Assembly: GCA_051294375.1 (NCBI GenBank)
Contig: CM119270.1
Location: forward strand, 18,960,770-19,001,005
Length of the DNA stretch: 40,236 bases
Direction: 5' to 3'
DNA from: Paraspadella gotoi
Taxonomy: Eukaryota; Animalia; Chaetognatha
Positions 38,259-40,236 of this stretch are shown piece after piece. The notes below the pieces were generated by a model. The model did no database searches. It was not told where the DNA came from and saw only the letters and a program-made list of their open reading frames with translations. A program made the position numbers and the translations under genes. Every line of letters starts with the position of its first letter. Within the stretch, counting starts at the first letter, position 1.

Positions 38259-38906
38259 CTGCGATTGGGGAATTTGAAAATGGGTCAATTAATAACTAGA
38301 GCGATGAAGGGTAAATGGTTTTTTTTTACCTCAAAGTTTACTTTTCTTTTTTGGAGGGTCGAAAAAAAAACGTAAAATAATTATGGTTTTTATGTTTAAT
38401 AAACTATTTTTTTTTTCAAATGAAAATTTTTTTGAAATAACGTATTTTCTCCATCTTTTCAAAAATTGGATAATTAAAACTAAAAATATTGAAATAATTT
38501 TTTCATGATAGTTTTACATTGATAGTTTTACTGTTTCTTTTCCTTTGGCTTCGCATGGATAAAATTAAAAAAAGGCAAATTAGAAAATAGAAATTGAAGT
38601 TTAATATTTAAAACTGTAATAATATCTAAATATTAATTCCATGATATATTCATTATTCATTTTTTGGAGAATCTGTGTTCTTTTGTTCATTTTATGCTAT
38701 AAGCGCAAGCGACATCTCGCAAGAAACAGATGAAAACAATTTTCAACAAAAGACATCGGATGAAGTGCTAGCATAACTTATGCCATAAGAGAAATTATTG
38801 GTAATTTCTCTTCCATCAAAGAAAAATAAACAAATAAATTCGCACTTAAAAATAAATAAATAAAAAAATAAATAAAAAAAATAAATGAATAAAAAGTAAA
38901 ACTCAC

Positions 38907-39015
38907 TGAGGTTTCGGGTCGCCGGCGGCCTCGCATTCGAGAATGACGTTTTCTCTGCTGTCATAAGTGATGTCATAACGTTTCGGTTGCCGCGTTATCG
39001 TCGGCGGCGTCGTCA
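38907..39015 (-). CDS. Nrg: Neuroglian/L1-like, N-half of Ig1
   Basis: Acceptor ttctttctgtcag|, donor CA|GTGAGT, 109 nt (phase 1-2). Translates TTPPTITRQPKRYDITYDSRENVILECEAAGDPKP(Q), matching the PPxIxxQP...LxCxAxGxPxP I-set start. Not in the ORF track. Confidence 0.9.
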
Positions 39016-39382
39016 CTGACAGAAAGAATAATGCACGATTCGTTTCCGCATTAAAATTTGACTGAAATCACTGCCGCTAAACTCTACTGATGAGATATAT
39101 TTAGATCCGTGATTCCGAGATACAGGGAAGAAGGGTGAAAAATGTACTACCGATTAAACTCGCACTAAAAAAGGGACAGATTTTGAGGGGAAACGGTTAA
39201 ACTTACGAACAATCACGTTTGATAAAAACATAGACTTGAAAATTCCTTCCAAAAATAAATAAATCCCATGCACATTTTTTTTTTCCTATCGAGTCTCAGT
39301 CGTCCAGCGTTCGTGTGACAACTGTGCCCCTTTGTTTGCATACTTTGCATACTATGCAATCGTCTGTTTTATTTTTTCTTAC

Positions 39383-39412
39383 TCATTGAAGACATTCCCA
39401 AACTCGCAACGG
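39383..39412 (-). CDS. Nrg: Neuroglian/L1-like, 30-nt symmetric (phase 1-1) micro-exon
   Basis: Acceptor ttttttcttcacag|CC and donor ATGA|GTAAGA. Reads (P)VASLGMSSM with no stop and preserves the frame between exon 1 and the Ig1 exon. Confidence 0.65.
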   Translation of the reverse strand, partial: PLRVWECLQ

Positions 39413-39533
39413 CTGTGAAGAAAAAATACGAATTTGTTTAAAATTATTCAAAATGAATTTCGAATTACTGCATTTACGAGCTGACATTTTTTTAATTATC
39501 AAAATTAATTACTAATCTTAAATGTATACTCAC

Positions 39534-39672
39534 GAGATAATACTGTGCAAAGAAGCGCGGCGAAAGTTAAAAGTCGAAGAATCCATCTTCGCGCCACGTC
39601 ATTGACGCATTTTGTGACGTAATTCCTATCGCCAGCCTTGACGCGATCCACGCCGTTCGTGACGTAATTCAT
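39534..39672 (-). CDS. Nrg: Neuroglian/L1-family Ig cell-adhesion molecule, coding exon 1 (signal peptide)
   Basis: ATG at 39672 gives MNYVTNGVDRVKAGDRNYVTKCVNDVARRWILRLLTFAALLCTVLS, with a basic then hydrophobic signal-like end. Donor C|GTGAGT at 39533-39528; 139 nt, phase 1. An upstream in-frame ATG at 39861 is an alternative start. Confidence 0.75.
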
Positions 39673-39945
39673 GGGGCCAAATCTAGCGCGGTTGGCGCGG
39701 TTAGGGCCGTGACGCCGGGAGATCGTGACGCGAGAAAGGGGGAGAGACGGCGCCGTCAATGTTCCAAGTCGCGAGGTTTGGCGCGCGACGGCGTCACTTT
39801 CGTGACAGGAGTCGCAACACGTGGCGGCGCCGGCGCCGGGAATGCGCGTGCAGTCGTGCATGGCGCCGCAGAAGTGGAGGTCGGTGACGGAAGGCGCGGT
39901 GAAAAATAGGGATGAGGTCGACGCGGTGATGCGCGCGATAGAGTT
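39560..39945 (-). promoter_or_regulatory. CpG-rich 5' region (probable promoter/5'UTR) of the neuroglian-like gene
   Basis: A GC/CpG-dense island over and upstream of exon 1, sharply bounded by AT-rich DNA. The TSS is not identifiable. Confidence 0.4.
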
Positions 39946-40236
39946 TTTAATCTGGAGAAAATATAAAACATGAAACTTTAAATAGAAAAAAAAAATAAAG
40001 GGATATTTTTTTTAATTTGGTTTAAAATTGTGAAATATTTAAAGATATTGAAAGATCTTTTATTGCTACAGTGTTTTCTCCCGATATCAACAACAAAACA
40101 AAACAAAACGCGTCCAAAACAAAAGTGGAAAACAGTTGGAGAAATATAAAAGGCGACGAAAAACAACAGTCGTGAAATTAATAGTGTTTTTATTTAATCT
40201 CATTAACGTCAACCGAGCATCTCTCTCTCTCTCTCT

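Overview
Eukaryotic (animal, probably invertebrate) draft-assembly window: AT-rich, full of microsatellites, with eight N-gaps. (1) A minus-strand spliced gene at ~32977-39672 encodes an L1-family/neuroglian-like Ig cell-adhesion protein. I can trace 8 exons with consistent GT-AG sites and phases: signal peptide, a 30-nt micro-exon, and Ig1-Ig4, with parts of Ig2/Ig3 lost in gaps. I found no Ig5-6, FN3, TM or FIGQY exons in the remaining 33 kb. (2) A frameshift-ridden minus-strand Gypsy-type LTR retroelement lies at ~23409-27135. It comprises an integrase C-terminus with a GPY/F-like motif, a hairpin tandem array, a ~2 kb extra reading region resembling a class III viral fusion glycoprotein (env), a polypurine tract and a 3' LTR with CCAAT, TATA and AATAAA. 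It is interrupted at 27145 by a second, unrelated LTR-like sequence. (3) Much of 1-28 kb looks like low-accuracy long-read gap-fill: an insertion-rich second copy of 2.7-4.6 kb sits at 11.3-15.2 kb, and two gaps are exactly 25 N, one with duplicated flanks. Most ORF-track entries there are therefore spurious. All protein-family calls come from motif recognition by eye, not database searches.
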